Assembly: GCA_000004695.1 (NCBI GenBank)
Contig: CM000153.2
Span: 1,792,001 to 1,856,000, forward strand
Origin: Dictyostelium discoideum
Lineage: Eukaryota
DNA: 64,000 bases
Reading direction: 5' to 3'
Shown: positions 31,079 through 42,777 of the stretch, in pieces
How the letters are laid out: every line of letters starts with the position of its first letter
How positions within the stretch are numbered: the first letter of the stretch is position 1
Position numbers and translations under genes: made by a program
The notes under the pieces: generated by a model
Database searches by the model: none
Seen by the model: the letters and a program-made list of their open reading frames with translations, nothing else
Told to the model about the DNA's origin: nothing

Positions 31079-34000
31079 TTACAGATCAATATTTTTTGGT
31101 TTTGATTTATAGAACATTATAAATGGTTCCAATTGGTGTTTATATTTTTTAAATAAGTAATCTATAATATCTTGCTTATCTGAAAAATTTTTGTATATAA
31201 TTATACCAAACCATTCAACCATATTAGATGATAATGGTTTATCCGAATAACAATTCTCTAATTCGTTTAAAACCCTGTTGTTATTCGAACCCTCTTGTTC
31301 ATCATTACCATTATGACTCTCAAATAAAGTATCTAATATAATAAATGATTCTAAATCAAATGTTTTAATTATTAATTTCAATACATTATATTCTAAAAAT
31401 GGTTTTTTTAAACGATTTTCCTTTCTGAATTTTAATTCATTTTCGAAATAATGTAAAAATAAATTAATTCTTGGATTATTATGATCCAAAAGTATTTTAG
31501 AAAATGTTTTTATATTAAGTCTAACTTTACCAATATCAATCACTGTTGAAATTATAAATTGGTATAAATCGTTATTATTTCTACTTGTAAATATGTATTC
31601 GAACGTATATACTGATGTATTTAAATTATAATAAAGTAATGGTCTTTTATCATCGCCACTCTTAGGATCTCTAAAAATGGTAATATATGATGCAATAATT
31701 GGAGATAATATTTTTAAATAATAGTATGAAATGTGAGCTGAACGATCTATTTCAATATAGTTTGATATTAATTGATGAGCTGTTTTGATTTGATCAATTG
31801 TTAAATTATTGACTCTAATTAACTTTAAATATAAGAAATTTAATATTAATGATAGATTTGGTAATGATAATTGACAATCTTTAAATTTATTAATTAAAAA
31901 TAGAATCATATCAATTAAATCTTTATATAAATATTTGGATGTATAGATTCTATCATGATTATGATCTTTAAATGCTTTTTCATTTAATATTAAATCTTTA
32001 TCAATTAAATTATCAAGAATAAATTGAACACCTTCAAAATTTAAAAGTTCGATAAATGTTTGCAATAAAAAAGAGGTTTCATTTGGAAAGTTATTGAAAT
32101 TGACTTTAATTTTAGAGAGATTGATTATTTGACATGTTTGTTGAGTTGGTATTTTGTATTCTTGGAATTTTTCATTTTCATGATAACCTGCTGAATAGTC
32201 CCAATTCTCTCCTTGATCGAGGTATGAGTTAATATAAAGCCTTCTTAAATTGTAATTTAAAGTTTTAATTACTAAAGTACCCCAACCAGTATAGTCCACC
32301 AATAACTCGTCTATAGAATCACAAATAAATCTTAGGTATTTCATTGAATTTCTTGAACCAAATTGAATTACTTGAATCATATAATACTTAAATAAATCTT
32401 TATTGTCATTAAAGTTTGATTGGTTTAAACCATTGATTAATGATTCAATATCATCATGAGTACGTAAAATGTGAATATTACACAACTGTTTATTTGAATC
32501 TAAAATTGGTAGTACTTGCTTAAATTTGATTCTTGCATAATCTAATAATTCCGATGTACTAAAATCAAGTTTCATTTGTTTTAATTTTGAATGTAAAGCA
32601 TTTCTTATATTTAAAATACTACAACCACCTGTTTCTATATCTGATAGCCAATCGATTGTTTCTTTATCTTTAATTGTAACAATCATATCATTATCAATTA
32701 GATTTGAAGTAATTTCTTTCCATTTCGATGATGATTTATAACCTAAAATTGAACGTACTTGTTTATTACCCAAATCATTAAGTTTCTTTGTTGATATTAC
32801 ATCATTTAGTGGCTTTTCATCAAAATATTCTATAATGATTGATTTTTGTGATGTGTAGATTTTGTAGAACATAAAAATATCGTTTATATTAATATGATTA
32901 TTTTTGAATAAAATATCGAAATATGATTCACAAATATATTTTGAATCTAATTTTCCAACATTGATTTTTAAATTTTTTTTCAATAGATACTTTAATATAT
33001 TGGTGTTATAGGTTTTTGTCATGTAATATATTAATAATAATTGAACTTCTTCATTGAGTTGAATGGTATCAATTGGTTCATTATATTTTTTTAAATAAAA
33101 TGCATATAAAATAATTGATTTTGATTCAATGATTAATAATTGAAATAATTGTTTAATTGATTGAGATATTGTACAACGTCTATGTTTACCATTTTCAATT
33201 ATTAAATCAATTTGAGTTTGAATTGATGCTGGTATACTTTTTGAATTACTATAATAATCATTGTTGCAATAATACAATTTAAAATATAATAAAACTGAAT
33301 TGATAGATAAAGAGATACACTCAAAATTTCCTTTAACATGTTTTATGTAGTTATAAATAGCATAATCAAATTCAAAACAAAGACTAGAAAGCATATTTAA
33401 ATGAATTATTCTATAAACAGAACGCCCAATATTTTCATTTCCCAGCTTATCAATAGAGAAAAAATCCCATGAAATTCCATTAGAGAGACTAAATCTTGTT
33501 TGAATATTCTTAAATCCAAAAGGTATTGATTTTTGATATTTTAGATAACAAGCTACATCCGCACCTCTATATATACCTGAAAATATTTTTTTGGAATCTT
33601 GAAATATTGAAGATGGCGATATTGGAATACTCGATATTATTTTCATCTTTTCTTTAAAATCTTCACTACTGATTCCATATTCACAATAATATAAACATTG
33701 ATTAATGAGATAATTTCTTTCATTTTTGGTTAAAGTAAATGGTTTATTATGATTGATGGACTCTTCAAAAAATTTTAAAACCCTTTTTATTAATTTTGGA
33801 TGATTTTTTTCGAAGATTGAGTCTATATGTGTTGTAATATTAAAGGTTTGCAATTCTTCTGGCCTATATTTTATATATATATCAAATAAACCCACTGATT
33901 TGATACCCCAAATCTCTCTGAATAAAATCTCTGGATCCTCTCTAGTATATAGATAACCCTTAAAAAGTAATAATGAATATACCTCTTTGAATACTTCTAT

Positions 34001-34285
34001 ATCTTCTATTTTATTAATGATTTCATTATATCTATCATCATTATCATAAGGATTGAAATCAACATTTCTTTCTATTCTCTTAAAAATTAAATTTTCATCT
34101 GCTTTTAATTTACATATCAAGAGTTGGTATTGTTTATGTTTTATCATTGAACCTATGGATGTAATTGTTTTAAATTTTTTACTTTTATGACAACATTTAT
34201 TTTTTAAAATATAACTTAATAAATATTTATTTTTAAAAACTTTCCAAAATAATAATTCATTATATTCATTATTCATTATTAACAT
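31079..34285 (-). CDS. Hypothetical 1068-aa protein (N/I/L/K-rich), no recognisable domain
   Basis: Single long open frame in very AT-rich DNA; the length argues it is real. Ends ...FYKSKPKNIDL*. I recognise no conserved motif. Confidence 0.55.
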   Translation of the reverse strand: MLIMNNEYNELLFWKVFKNKYLLSYILKNKCCHKSKKFKTITSIGSMIKHKQYQLLICKLKADENLIFKRIERNVDFNPYDNDDRYNEIINKIEDIEVFKEVYSLLLFKGYLYTREDPEILFREIWGIKSVGLFDIYIKYRPEELQTFNITTHIDSIFEKNHPKLIKRVLKFFEESINHNKPFTLTKNERNYLINQCLYYCEYGISSEDFKEKMKIISSIPISPSSIFQDSKKIFSGIYRGADVACYLKYQKSIPFGFKNIQTRFSLSNGISWDFFSIDKLGNENIGRSVYRIIHLNMLSSLCFEFDYAIYNYIKHVKGNFECISLSINSVLLYFKLYYCNNDYYSNSKSIPASIQTQIDLIIENGKHRRCTISQSIKQLFQLLIIESKSIILYAFYLKKYNEPIDTIQLNEEVQLLLIYYMTKTYNTNILKYLLKKNLKINVGKLDSKYICESYFDILFKNNHININDIFMFYKIYTSQKSIIIEYFDEKPLNDVISTKKLNDLGNKQVRSILGYKSSSKWKEITSNLIDNDMIVTIKDKETIDWLSDIETGGCSILNIRNALHSKLKQMKLDFSTSELLDYARIKFKQVLPILDSNKQLCNIHILRTHDDIESLINGLNQSNFNDNKDLFKYYMIQVIQFGSRNSMKYLRFICDSIDELLVDYTGWGTLVIKTLNYNLRRLYINSYLDQGENWDYSAGYHENEKFQEYKIPTQQTCQIINLSKIKVNFNNFPNETSFLLQTFIELLNFEGVQFILDNLIDKDLILNEKAFKDHNHDRIYTSKYLYKDLIDMILFLINKFKDCQLSLPNLSLILNFLYLKLIRVNNLTIDQIKTAHQLISNYIEIDRSAHISYYYLKILSPIIASYITIFRDPKSGDDKRPLLYYNLNTSVYTFEYIFTSRNNNDLYQFIISTVIDIGKVRLNIKTFSKILLDHNNPRINLFLHYFENELKFRKENRLKKPFLEYNVLKLIIKTFDLESFIILDTLFESHNGNDEQEGSNNNRVLNELENCYSDKPLSSNMVEWFGIIIYKNFSDKQDIIDYLFKKYKHQLEPFIMFYKSKPKNIDL

Positions 34286-35184
34286 TTATTATTATTAATA
34301 TTTTGAATATTTAAATATTGATTATTATTATTTTTATTTTTGTTTGGGTGAAAAAAAAAAAAAAAAAAAAAAAAAAGAAAAAAATGGAAAAAATGGGAAA
34401 TTGAAAAGAAAAAAATGAAAAAAAGAAAAAAAAAAAATTTTGTCTTAGATGCAAATAAATCTTTTTTTTTCTTTTTATCTTCAAAATTCATTTCAATGAT
34501 CAATTAAATTTGAATGAAAAATCTTTGATATATAAATTGAAATTTTATTTTATTATTAGAAAATAAAAAAAAAATAAAAAAAAAAGCTCTAAATTTAAAT
34601 CTTTTTTAACAAATAAAGATTTTTTTTTTTGACAATTAAATAAAATCTTTTTTTTTTTGACAATTAAATAAAATCTTTTTTTTTTTTTGTTTTTTATTTT
34701 ATTTAATATTATTATTATTATTTAATAAATTATCTCTTAAATGATTTTTAATTCATTTCGGTTATTATTATTTTATTATTTTTATTATTTTTTTTTCATT
34801 GGTATTATTTTATTAAATTAACAAATATCATTTATTTTATATTTATATTTACTATGTGGTAAAATTTATATCGATAAATATCTTTTTTTTTTTTTTAATG
34901 TTGTAAATTATTTAATAAATTTTTTTGTGAATGATTAAAAAAAAAGAAAAAAAAACAAATAATAAAATTAAAAAATAACAAAAAAAAAAAAATTATTACT
35001 CTATATTACTATTATTTTTTAATTGTTTTTTTTAATTATTTTTTTTTTTTTTTTTTTTGTTTTAATTATTTTATTTGGTCAGTCTTTAAATAAAAGTAAG
35101 AAAAATAAAAGGAGTTTTTTTTTTTTTTAAAATTTATTTATTTTCTGATTTTAATTACACATATTTTTAGTTTAATAAACAAAG

Positions 35185-36798
35185 TTAACTTATTGCTTCG
35201 AAAACATAAGGTTCGTGTGTTTGTCTTATGATTACTATGATTGCAATTAAAATAAATACCAAAAATCCAAAGATTGAGAAAGCAACTTCCACAGAATTGA
35301 ATAAACGTCTTGAAAAGCTAGTTGGTTTTGTTAATATTAAATCATCGTCATCATTACTACTACTATTGCTATTGCTATTATTATTATTAGATGATTGATA
35401 CTGTTTTAAAGCCTCGGTAATTTGTGATAAATTGCTGTAAGAGTTTACTAACAACATGTTTTTATCTTCCATATCACTAAGTTTATTATTTTTATTTTGT
35501 AGTAAAAGTTTTAGTGATTTATTTTGCTCTAAAACTGTTAAAAGTTGTAATTGATTTGAAGATGTTGTATTTTTATCATTATTATTATTATTATTATCAT
35601 TATCGTTATCATTGTTACTATTATTATTATTATTATTTTTATTATTATTATCTTTTTCATTATTTACTAAAGTTTGTTGATGTAATTGTAAAGTTTGTTG
35701 AGTTTGAGCTAATTCGATTTGTAGTTTTTGTAATTTTGAATTTAATTTCGTAATGATATTATTTTGATCATTATTTTCTTCGGATAGTGATTTATTACTT
35801 TCAACTTGTGTCTTATTAAATGCTTGAAGATTAACGATTTCAGCTTCTAACATTTCAATCTTTTGAATTAATTCCATATGATGTTGATCATTTGTAACTG
35901 TTGATTGAGTTAAATTATTATGTGCCATTATTTTTGATTGTAATCCAAATGTTGATTCTCCTAATTGATTATTATTATTATTATTATTATTATTTGATTG
36001 AAGTTGTGAAACATTTAAAATATTTTTAGATTGATTTAAAGAATTTGGTTGGGATGAAGTAAGTGGTGGTGTATTTTGTTGTTGTTGTTGTTGTTCTTGT
36101 TGTAGTAATAATTGTTTTTGTTTTTCATTTTCCATATTTATAATTTGATTAAAATATTCTTCAGATTTTTGTGATAAATTATTAAATTTATTTGTTATTG
36201 ATTTTAAATTCTTTTCAATTTCTAAATTTTTTATAATTAATTCTTCTTTTTCTTTTTCAACCAATAAAACTTTTTGTTTTTCTTCTTTATTATTATTTCT
36301 CAATGTAGATAATTGTTTTTTACATTCTTCTACCTGTTTAGCTAAATCATTTTCTTTTTTCTTATATTCTTCTAATTCAGTTGCCATTTGATAATCTCTT
36401 TTCTTTTTTTCTGAATCTTTTAAATTTGATAATTCTTTTTTATTCTTTGTATTCTCTTCTTGAATAGTTTTAATTTCTAAGCAAAGTTTTGCTTGTTCCT
36501 CTTCTAATCTTTTATTTTTTATTTTAATTTCTCTATCATTCTAATGAGAATTATTAATTATTAGTAATATATTAAATACATATGTAAAAGTTAAATAAAA
36601 AAAAATTAAATTAATATGAATATTTACATCTTTATAGTTTTGTAATTCCCTTTTTGTTTGGTATAATTCTTCTTGAAGTTTTTGAATTTGCTCAGGTTGA
36701 TAATAACTCTCACCAAATGAACCACTTACACCTTCAAATTCACCTGAATTACCATAAATTGATGTTGAAAAATAAGCAGGCTTTTGTTGTGGTTGTGG

Positions 36799-36874
<76 letters not shown>

Positions 36875-37946
36875 GGTTGTGGATGTGGTTGTTGTAATTG
36901 AAGTGGTGAATGAGTTAAATTGTTATTACCTTCATTATTGGTATTGTTATTATTACTATTATTGTTGTTGTTGTTGTTGTTGTTACTATTATTAGTATTA
37001 TTATTGATTGAATTTTTCCCATCTTTATAATCACCTAAATTATTAATTGGGTGATTTTGAAAGTCATCAACCTCTAAACTATCATTTAATGATTGTTTAT
37101 CTTGTTTTTCCATTAAACTAATGATAACACTATTTGATACGTAACCATCATCAAATGGAATTCTAAGTAACATCTCTTGAAGCATATCTTCTTCTATATC
37201 TGGAAAAAGATCGAATAGAATATACTTTAATTCAGTTTCTGACGTTTTATTATCTGGATTATCTAAAATGTATTGGAATTTCAATTCTGATGATTGATTC
37301 ATCTCTGATTGTTGCTGTTGTTGTTGACTGTCGAAATAATAATTTTGAGGTGTTTGAACAAAACTTGATGGTTTTGCTGGTGTATTTGACGGGAACATAA
37401 TTTGACTATTATGATTCTTTTTAACTGTATAATGTGGTGAAGGTGGTACTATATTATTATTATTATTATTATTATTTACATTATTATTATTTGTTGTGGT
37501 TGTTGTTGTTGTTGATGATGTTGTTACTGTTGATGATGATGATGATGAGTTGCTACTAAAAATTGAAGATTTAAGAGCAGATGAAGGTTTTTTTACACTA
37601 TTTGCCATATTCTCACTAAATGTTCTAATTAAAATATTTTTTGAAGGTGATTCATATGGTGATCTTAAAAGTGAGGAAGAACCCGAATAGTTGGTTGGGT
37701 GTAATTGTAAAGAAGCTCTTTTGTTTGATGAACCACTGTTTCCCTCTAAATCGCCTAACTTTAACTCCTTTGAATCAAAACTATCACTGTTTCTCTTTGA
37801 TTTCATTGTTGACGACGAAGATGAAGTTGTTGCTGTAGTTGCTGAGGATGTTGATGTAACAAATACTTGTTTATCTAAATCTAAAAATTCATTTTCATTA
37901 TATTTTACAAATTTATTTTTATATGTTTCAATGTTATCATTATTAA

Positions 37947-37977
<31 letters not shown>

Positions 37978-38211
37978 GTTTTCATTATTTGTATTATATA
38001 AAGGAATAGAGGTTGAGTTAGAATTTGTAGATGGTGATGATGAATTTAAATCTATTATAGTTTCATCGTTATTTGAATTTGTAGTTATACTTTTTAGATA
38101 GAAGTCGCTAGTACTATTGTTTGTGTTGTTATTTGAGCTCATTATGTTTATGTTATTATTATTTTCGTTTGGAGTTGTAGGTGTTGAATCTGTTTGTGAT
38201 ATTATATCCAT
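35185..38211 (-). CDS. Tail-anchored coiled-coil protein (golgin-like architecture) of about 979 aa; 2 exons, 38211..36628 and 36540..35185, joined by an 87-nt intron
   Basis: ORFs 36541..38211 and 35185..36387 share one reading frame and are separated by a single TAG. The upstream ORF's tail (VNIHINLIFFYLTFTYVFNILLIINNSH) is intron read-through: donor GAT|gtaaat at about 36627 and acceptor tctcattag| at 36541. The splice gives ...ELQNYKD-NDREIKIKNKRLEEEQAKLCLEIKTIQEEN..., a continuous heptad-rich coiled coil. The C-terminus FSIFGFLVFILIAIIVIIRQTHEPYVFEAIS* is a tail-anchor TM. The N-terminal half is low-complexity (poly-N, Q37, S/T). Confidence 0.65.
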
Positions 38212-38669
38212 TATTTGTATATATTTATATATGTATATTTTATATGATTATAGTTTATATTTTTTTCTCGACCCCTCTTTACCACTTATTATATTATTAT
38301 ATTATTACTATACAATTGATAGATAGAAATATATTTATTATTTGTTTATAAAATGTATGAAAAACAATTTAAAAGCTTACGCGCTCTTTTTTTATTATTA
38401 TTTTATTTTTTTATTTATTTGTTTATTTATTTATTTATTTATTTATCTATTTGTTTTTTTATTTATTTATTTATTTATTTATGCGGGTGTGTTGCTTTTA
38501 TTATAATAATACACAAAAAAAAAAAAAATTTTATTTTGGCAAAATAAAAAAATAAAAAAAAAATGAAAAAATTTAAAAAAATAAAATTAAAATGTGTAAA
38601 AGAGGTGTTTTAATTAATTGATAATGCCAAAGATAGGTAAAGACACTAAAATAGAAACAAATGCAATTT

Positions 38670-38705
<36 letters not shown>

Positions 38706-39880
38706 CAAAATTCTTTTTTTTTTTTTTTTTTTTTTTTGGGTCCAAACATGACCCCCTTTTTAGGGCCCCAAAAATTTTTTTTTTTTTTTTTTTTTGAAAC
38801 CCACATTTTATACTTTTTTTAATTTTATTTTTAAAAAAACCTTTTAAAAATTTTTTTTTTTTTTTTTCCTTTTTTCCTTTTTTTTTTTTTTTAAAAAACC
38901 ATTTTTACTTAGTAACTATATTTTAAATTTGGACATTCAACAATTTCCTAAAAAAAACATTGGTTTTTGGTAATAAAAAAAAAAAAAAAAAAAAAAAAAA
39001 AATAAAAAATAAAAGAGAGTGGGGAGAATTGTAAACTTAATTTTTTTTTTTTTTTTTTTTTTTAATTAAAATTAATTAGAGTAGCGTAATGCATATGTTC
39101 TTATAATAGATTTAAAATAAAAATCTTAAACACTATTTCTTTTTCAAAATGTTTTTTAAAAAAATTAAAACTATAAATACTCATTTTTAATAATCATTTC
39201 AAAACAATATTTATTAATTGTACCATTAAAAATGTTATTCAGTATCATTTCTATTTTGTTTACTACTTTATTTGAATTTATAAAAAAAATGATTGAATAA
39301 ATTATTTAAGTAATAAAAAAAATTAAAAATAGTTATAAAAAGAAATAAAAAATTTATATAATTTAAATGGTAAACTTTTTTTTGTTTTGGGAATTTATTA
39401 GTAAAAAAAAAAGAAAAAAAAAATTCTCCATGGATCTGTGTTTAATTTTGTTTTAAATATTGTGTGTTTGATGTTTTTGAAATTTGCAAATTTTACAAAA
39501 CAAACAGATTTTGACATTTAGTATTAATTAAAAAAAAAAAAAAAAAAAAAAGTGACCATTTTTTCTTTTTTTTTCTCCCCCCCCCCTAATAATAATTTTG
39601 AATATAACTTAATTAAAGATCATTAATATAATTTAATGTTTTTTTTTTTTTTGTTTAAAAAAATAATATCTTTTAAAAATTAATGTTTAAAAAAAAAAAA
39701 ATTTAAACAATTAAAATTAAATAAAACTTATTTAATTTTGTAAAACTAAAAAAAAACAAAAAATTTTATTAAGTTTTTAAATAAAATAACAATATTAATT
39801 TTTTAAAAAAATAAAACAGGTAACTTTTAAAATTAATATTAATAAAATTTAAAAAAAAGTGAATAAAAAAAAAAAAATTT

Positions 39881-40080
39881 AATGTTATTTTTGAATCCAT
39901 TCAATCAATTGTCAAAATCATCATCAAACTCTAAAGCGATGCCAACCTAAATTGAAAATCTCAAACTATGAATATGTTATTTAATTATTGGATAATGCCA
40001 AAGTTTTGAATGGCAACAAAGGAAACAAAAATCAACATTTTGGGTGAGAATCTCCATGATGCCAATTAAATAAATCACTC
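39881..40080 (+). pseudogene. Frameshifted degenerate paralog of the small MLF... gene at 40487-40739
   Basis: ATGTTATTTTTGAATCC... encodes MLFLNPFNQLSKSSSNSKAMPT*. A shifted frame then gives KVLNGNKGNKNQHFG, compare [17 protein letters not shown] in the intact copy. The motif ggataatgccaaag recurs at 38624 and 39981, and an ATGTTATTCAGTA start recurs at 39231. Confidence 0.3.
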
Positions 40081-40325
40081 ACTTTTTTAAAATAAAAATT
40101 TAAATAAATTATTTTATTAAAATTTAATTGTAAACAATTTTTTTAATTATTTTTTTTTTAAAAAAATTATTTATAACCAAACATTGTTTTTTTATTTAAG
40201 TAGTTCATTAAAATGATCCTGGTTAAATTTTTTTTCTGTTTTGACAATTTTATTTTATTATAAGATTTCAAACAAATTATGTTTTCTCTCTCGAGAACAT
40301 TTAAATCTAATATTTTATAGATTTA

Positions 40326-40367
<42 letters not shown>

Positions 40368-40486
40368 GAAATTTTATTTAATTATATAATTGTTTTTTTT
40401 TTAAAAATTAAAAAAAAAAGTGTATAAAAACCAAAAAAAAAAATGAAATAATAATCCAATACTTTATTTAATTAAAACTAAAAAAA

Positions 40487-40739
40487 ATGTTATTCAGTAA
40501 GTTTTAAAAAAAATATATGAAATAATAATGAAAAACCTCTCTAATACTGTTTTTTTATAATAGAATCATTACAATTAATTTCATTGAAATCATCATCATC
40601 AAACTCAAATACTACATTTGGAAATGTTTTATTAAATGGACAATATCAAAGTATCAACAACGTTACATTCTTAGATCATACCAAGGCTTTAGCAGATAGC
40701 GCAAAAAATAAACTCAATGCTGCAATGCATAATCTATAA
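40487..40739 (+). CDS. Small (62 aa) S/N-rich protein of an unrecognised paralogous family; 2 exons, 40487..40496 and 40564..40739
   Basis: ATGTTATTCA|gtaagt with acceptor tttataatag| gives [61 protein letters not shown]. The splice signals are canonical. Degenerate copies nearby support a gene family, but the function is unknown. Confidence 0.4.
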
Positions 40740-41607
40740 AAAATAAATAAAATTTATTCATTTATAAACCATTCCTATTGGTGGATCCATGCCATCTGAA
40801 CCAAAATCATTCCAATTTAATAATAACAGTTAAATTAAAATATTTTTACTAATTATTAAATAATTTATCATTTAGATGTAAGATTTATCCTTAGATGTAA
40901 GTTTCTTGGTTCATCAATATCTTTTTAACCAAGTTCATTTTTACCCTCGAAGAATTATTATTTTGATTATTTTGATTATTTGGATCTCTCTTTATTTACT
41001 ATTTGATTTTGACTATCACCTTTTTTTTTTTTTTTTTTTTTTGAATTGGATATTGCAATCGTTAATATAATTTTTAAAAAATTTTCATAATAAAAATAAT
41101 AAAAAATAAATGTATAAAGAAATATGTGAATGAGTAAAATAAAAAAAAAAAAAAAAAAATATAAAATTTCTTTTTATTTCATTTTTTTTTTTTTTCGAAT
41201 TTCAAAACCCGTAAAATTTCAACGTTTTAAAACAATTAAATTAACCTTGGGTTTCAAAATAAAAATAAATAAAAAACCCCCCCCTGTAAAAATTATTAAA
41301 AAAAAAAATAAAATCAAAATTAAATAGGGCACCAAATGAAAAAATAGTAGTTACTAGGATTTTAAAAAAATAAAAGAAAAAAAAAAAAAAAAAAAAAAAA
41401 AAAATAAAAAATTAATTATTCACTTTTTTTCACAATTAACATCAATAAAGGCCGAAAATACAATGAATACCCACTACTACAACTACTACTCAACCAATTC
41501 CATTTGATTATGAAGAAAGAAGAAGAATATTATTTATTGATCCATATGATAAAGAAAGAATTGATGGCTATAACAAAGAACTTCGAAATTTATATAAATT
41601 TCAATTA

Positions 41608-41907
41608 TTGGAAAGAGTTGCTTACTTGGCAGTTCAAGAACCATATTATGTAGATATGTTCTCAAAATTAAATTACAAAGGTACATGTATAAACTGTAAA
41701 ACAAGTGCAAAGTATGTTATTGAAAAGTTCATTTGCAACAAATGTCAAAGATTAGTAAATAAAAAGAGAACTGAAGAAATAAATGCAAAAGACAAAGAAT
41801 ACTTTAGGATCTTGACTCAAAAGAAATCTCGTGAGCTTAGAAGAGCTGCAGAGGCAGAAGCAGAAGCAGAAGCACTCAAGAATCAATATAATCAAATTCA
41901 AAAATAA
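41608..41907 (+). CDS. Small protein with a C-x2-C...C-x2-C zinc-ribbon-like motif and a basic/EA-repeat tail; first ATG at 41608, open frame extends 49 codons upstream
   Basis: MERVAYLAVQEPYYVDMFSKLNYKGTCINCKTSAKYVIEKFICNKCQRLVNKKR...AEAEAEAEALKNQYNQIQK*. The same frame is open upstream from a TGA at 41464-66 and reads IPTTTTTTQPIPFDYEERRRILFIDPYDKERIDGYNKELRNLYKFQLL, which looks protein-like. An ATG at 41463 sits in a different frame. Confidence 0.4.
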   Translation: MERVAYLAVQEPYYVDMFSKLNYKGTCINCKTSAKYVIEKFICNKCQRLVNKKRTEEINAKDKEYFRILTQKKSRELRRAAEAEAEAEALKNQYNQIQK

Positions 41908-42113
41908 CTTCATTCAAATTTTAAAAAAAAAAAAACAAAAAAAAAAACAAAACAAAAACCCTCCCCTCCCACTGTATTCACCATCTCTTTACTCTTTATA
42001 AAGGAAAATAAAAAATAAATTATTAACATCTTTATTGTTTTTTTTTTTTTTAAATTAATAAAGTTATTTTCATTAAACGATTGTTTTATTAAATATTTAA
42101 TTTTGAAATATTA

Positions 42114-42675
42114 TTAAAATCTTATACTTTTAATAATTATTGGTGGTAGATTACTATTTTTTAAAATAAATCCAAAAGTGTATGGGTCTTCTATCGGTAG
42201 GATACCATCAGCAAAATCAGGAACAGTAATTTCTTCAAACTCTTTTGAATAACGAGCATTCCAAATTGCTGATGATTTTAACATTGCAAACTTTTGAACA
42301 CCTAAAACAATTTTTTTAATTCTAACACCACAAATATTTGTAATTGTTCCTTTAAATTGTGCAGAGTCTGGCCATGCACCTTCATTTGTAATATTTACTT
42401 GAATAATTGTATATGCTTGTGCTATTATTATTATTATTATTATTTTTATTATTTTTAAAATCAAATATATTAAATTAAATTAAATTATAAATCAAAATAA
42501 CTCTCTATATATATTTATTTTACTTACCTTCTGGTCTACAAACTGCTGTTGTTTGAAGTGAAACACAAAATGAACCATTTTTGCAACTTCTTGGTCCACA
42601 TAATTCTAATGAAAATGTGTAATTTATAAATAATAAAGAGAATATTAAAAATAATCCGAAAGCTGTTAGTTTCAT
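42114..42675 (-). CDS. Small secreted CBM49-type cellulose-binding domain protein; 2 exons, 42675..42528 and 42421..42114
   Basis: Exon 1 is MKLTAFGLFLIFSLLFINYTFSLELCGPRSCKNGSFCVSLQTTAVCRPE with donor gtaagt. Exon 2 is AQAYTIIQVNITNEGAWPDSAQFKGTITNICGVRIKKIVLGVQKFAMLKSSAIWNARY...DPYTFGFILKNSNLPP.... It shows the CBM49 hallmarks (ItN.g, lP, FGfI). This is a paralog of the gene at 427-983. Confidence 0.6.
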
Positions 42676-42744
42676 TTTAAATTAATAATATTTTAAAAAA
42701 ACTCTTTAGTTTTAGATAAAGATTTATTAAAATTAAAAAAATAG

Positions 42745-42777
<33 letters not shown>

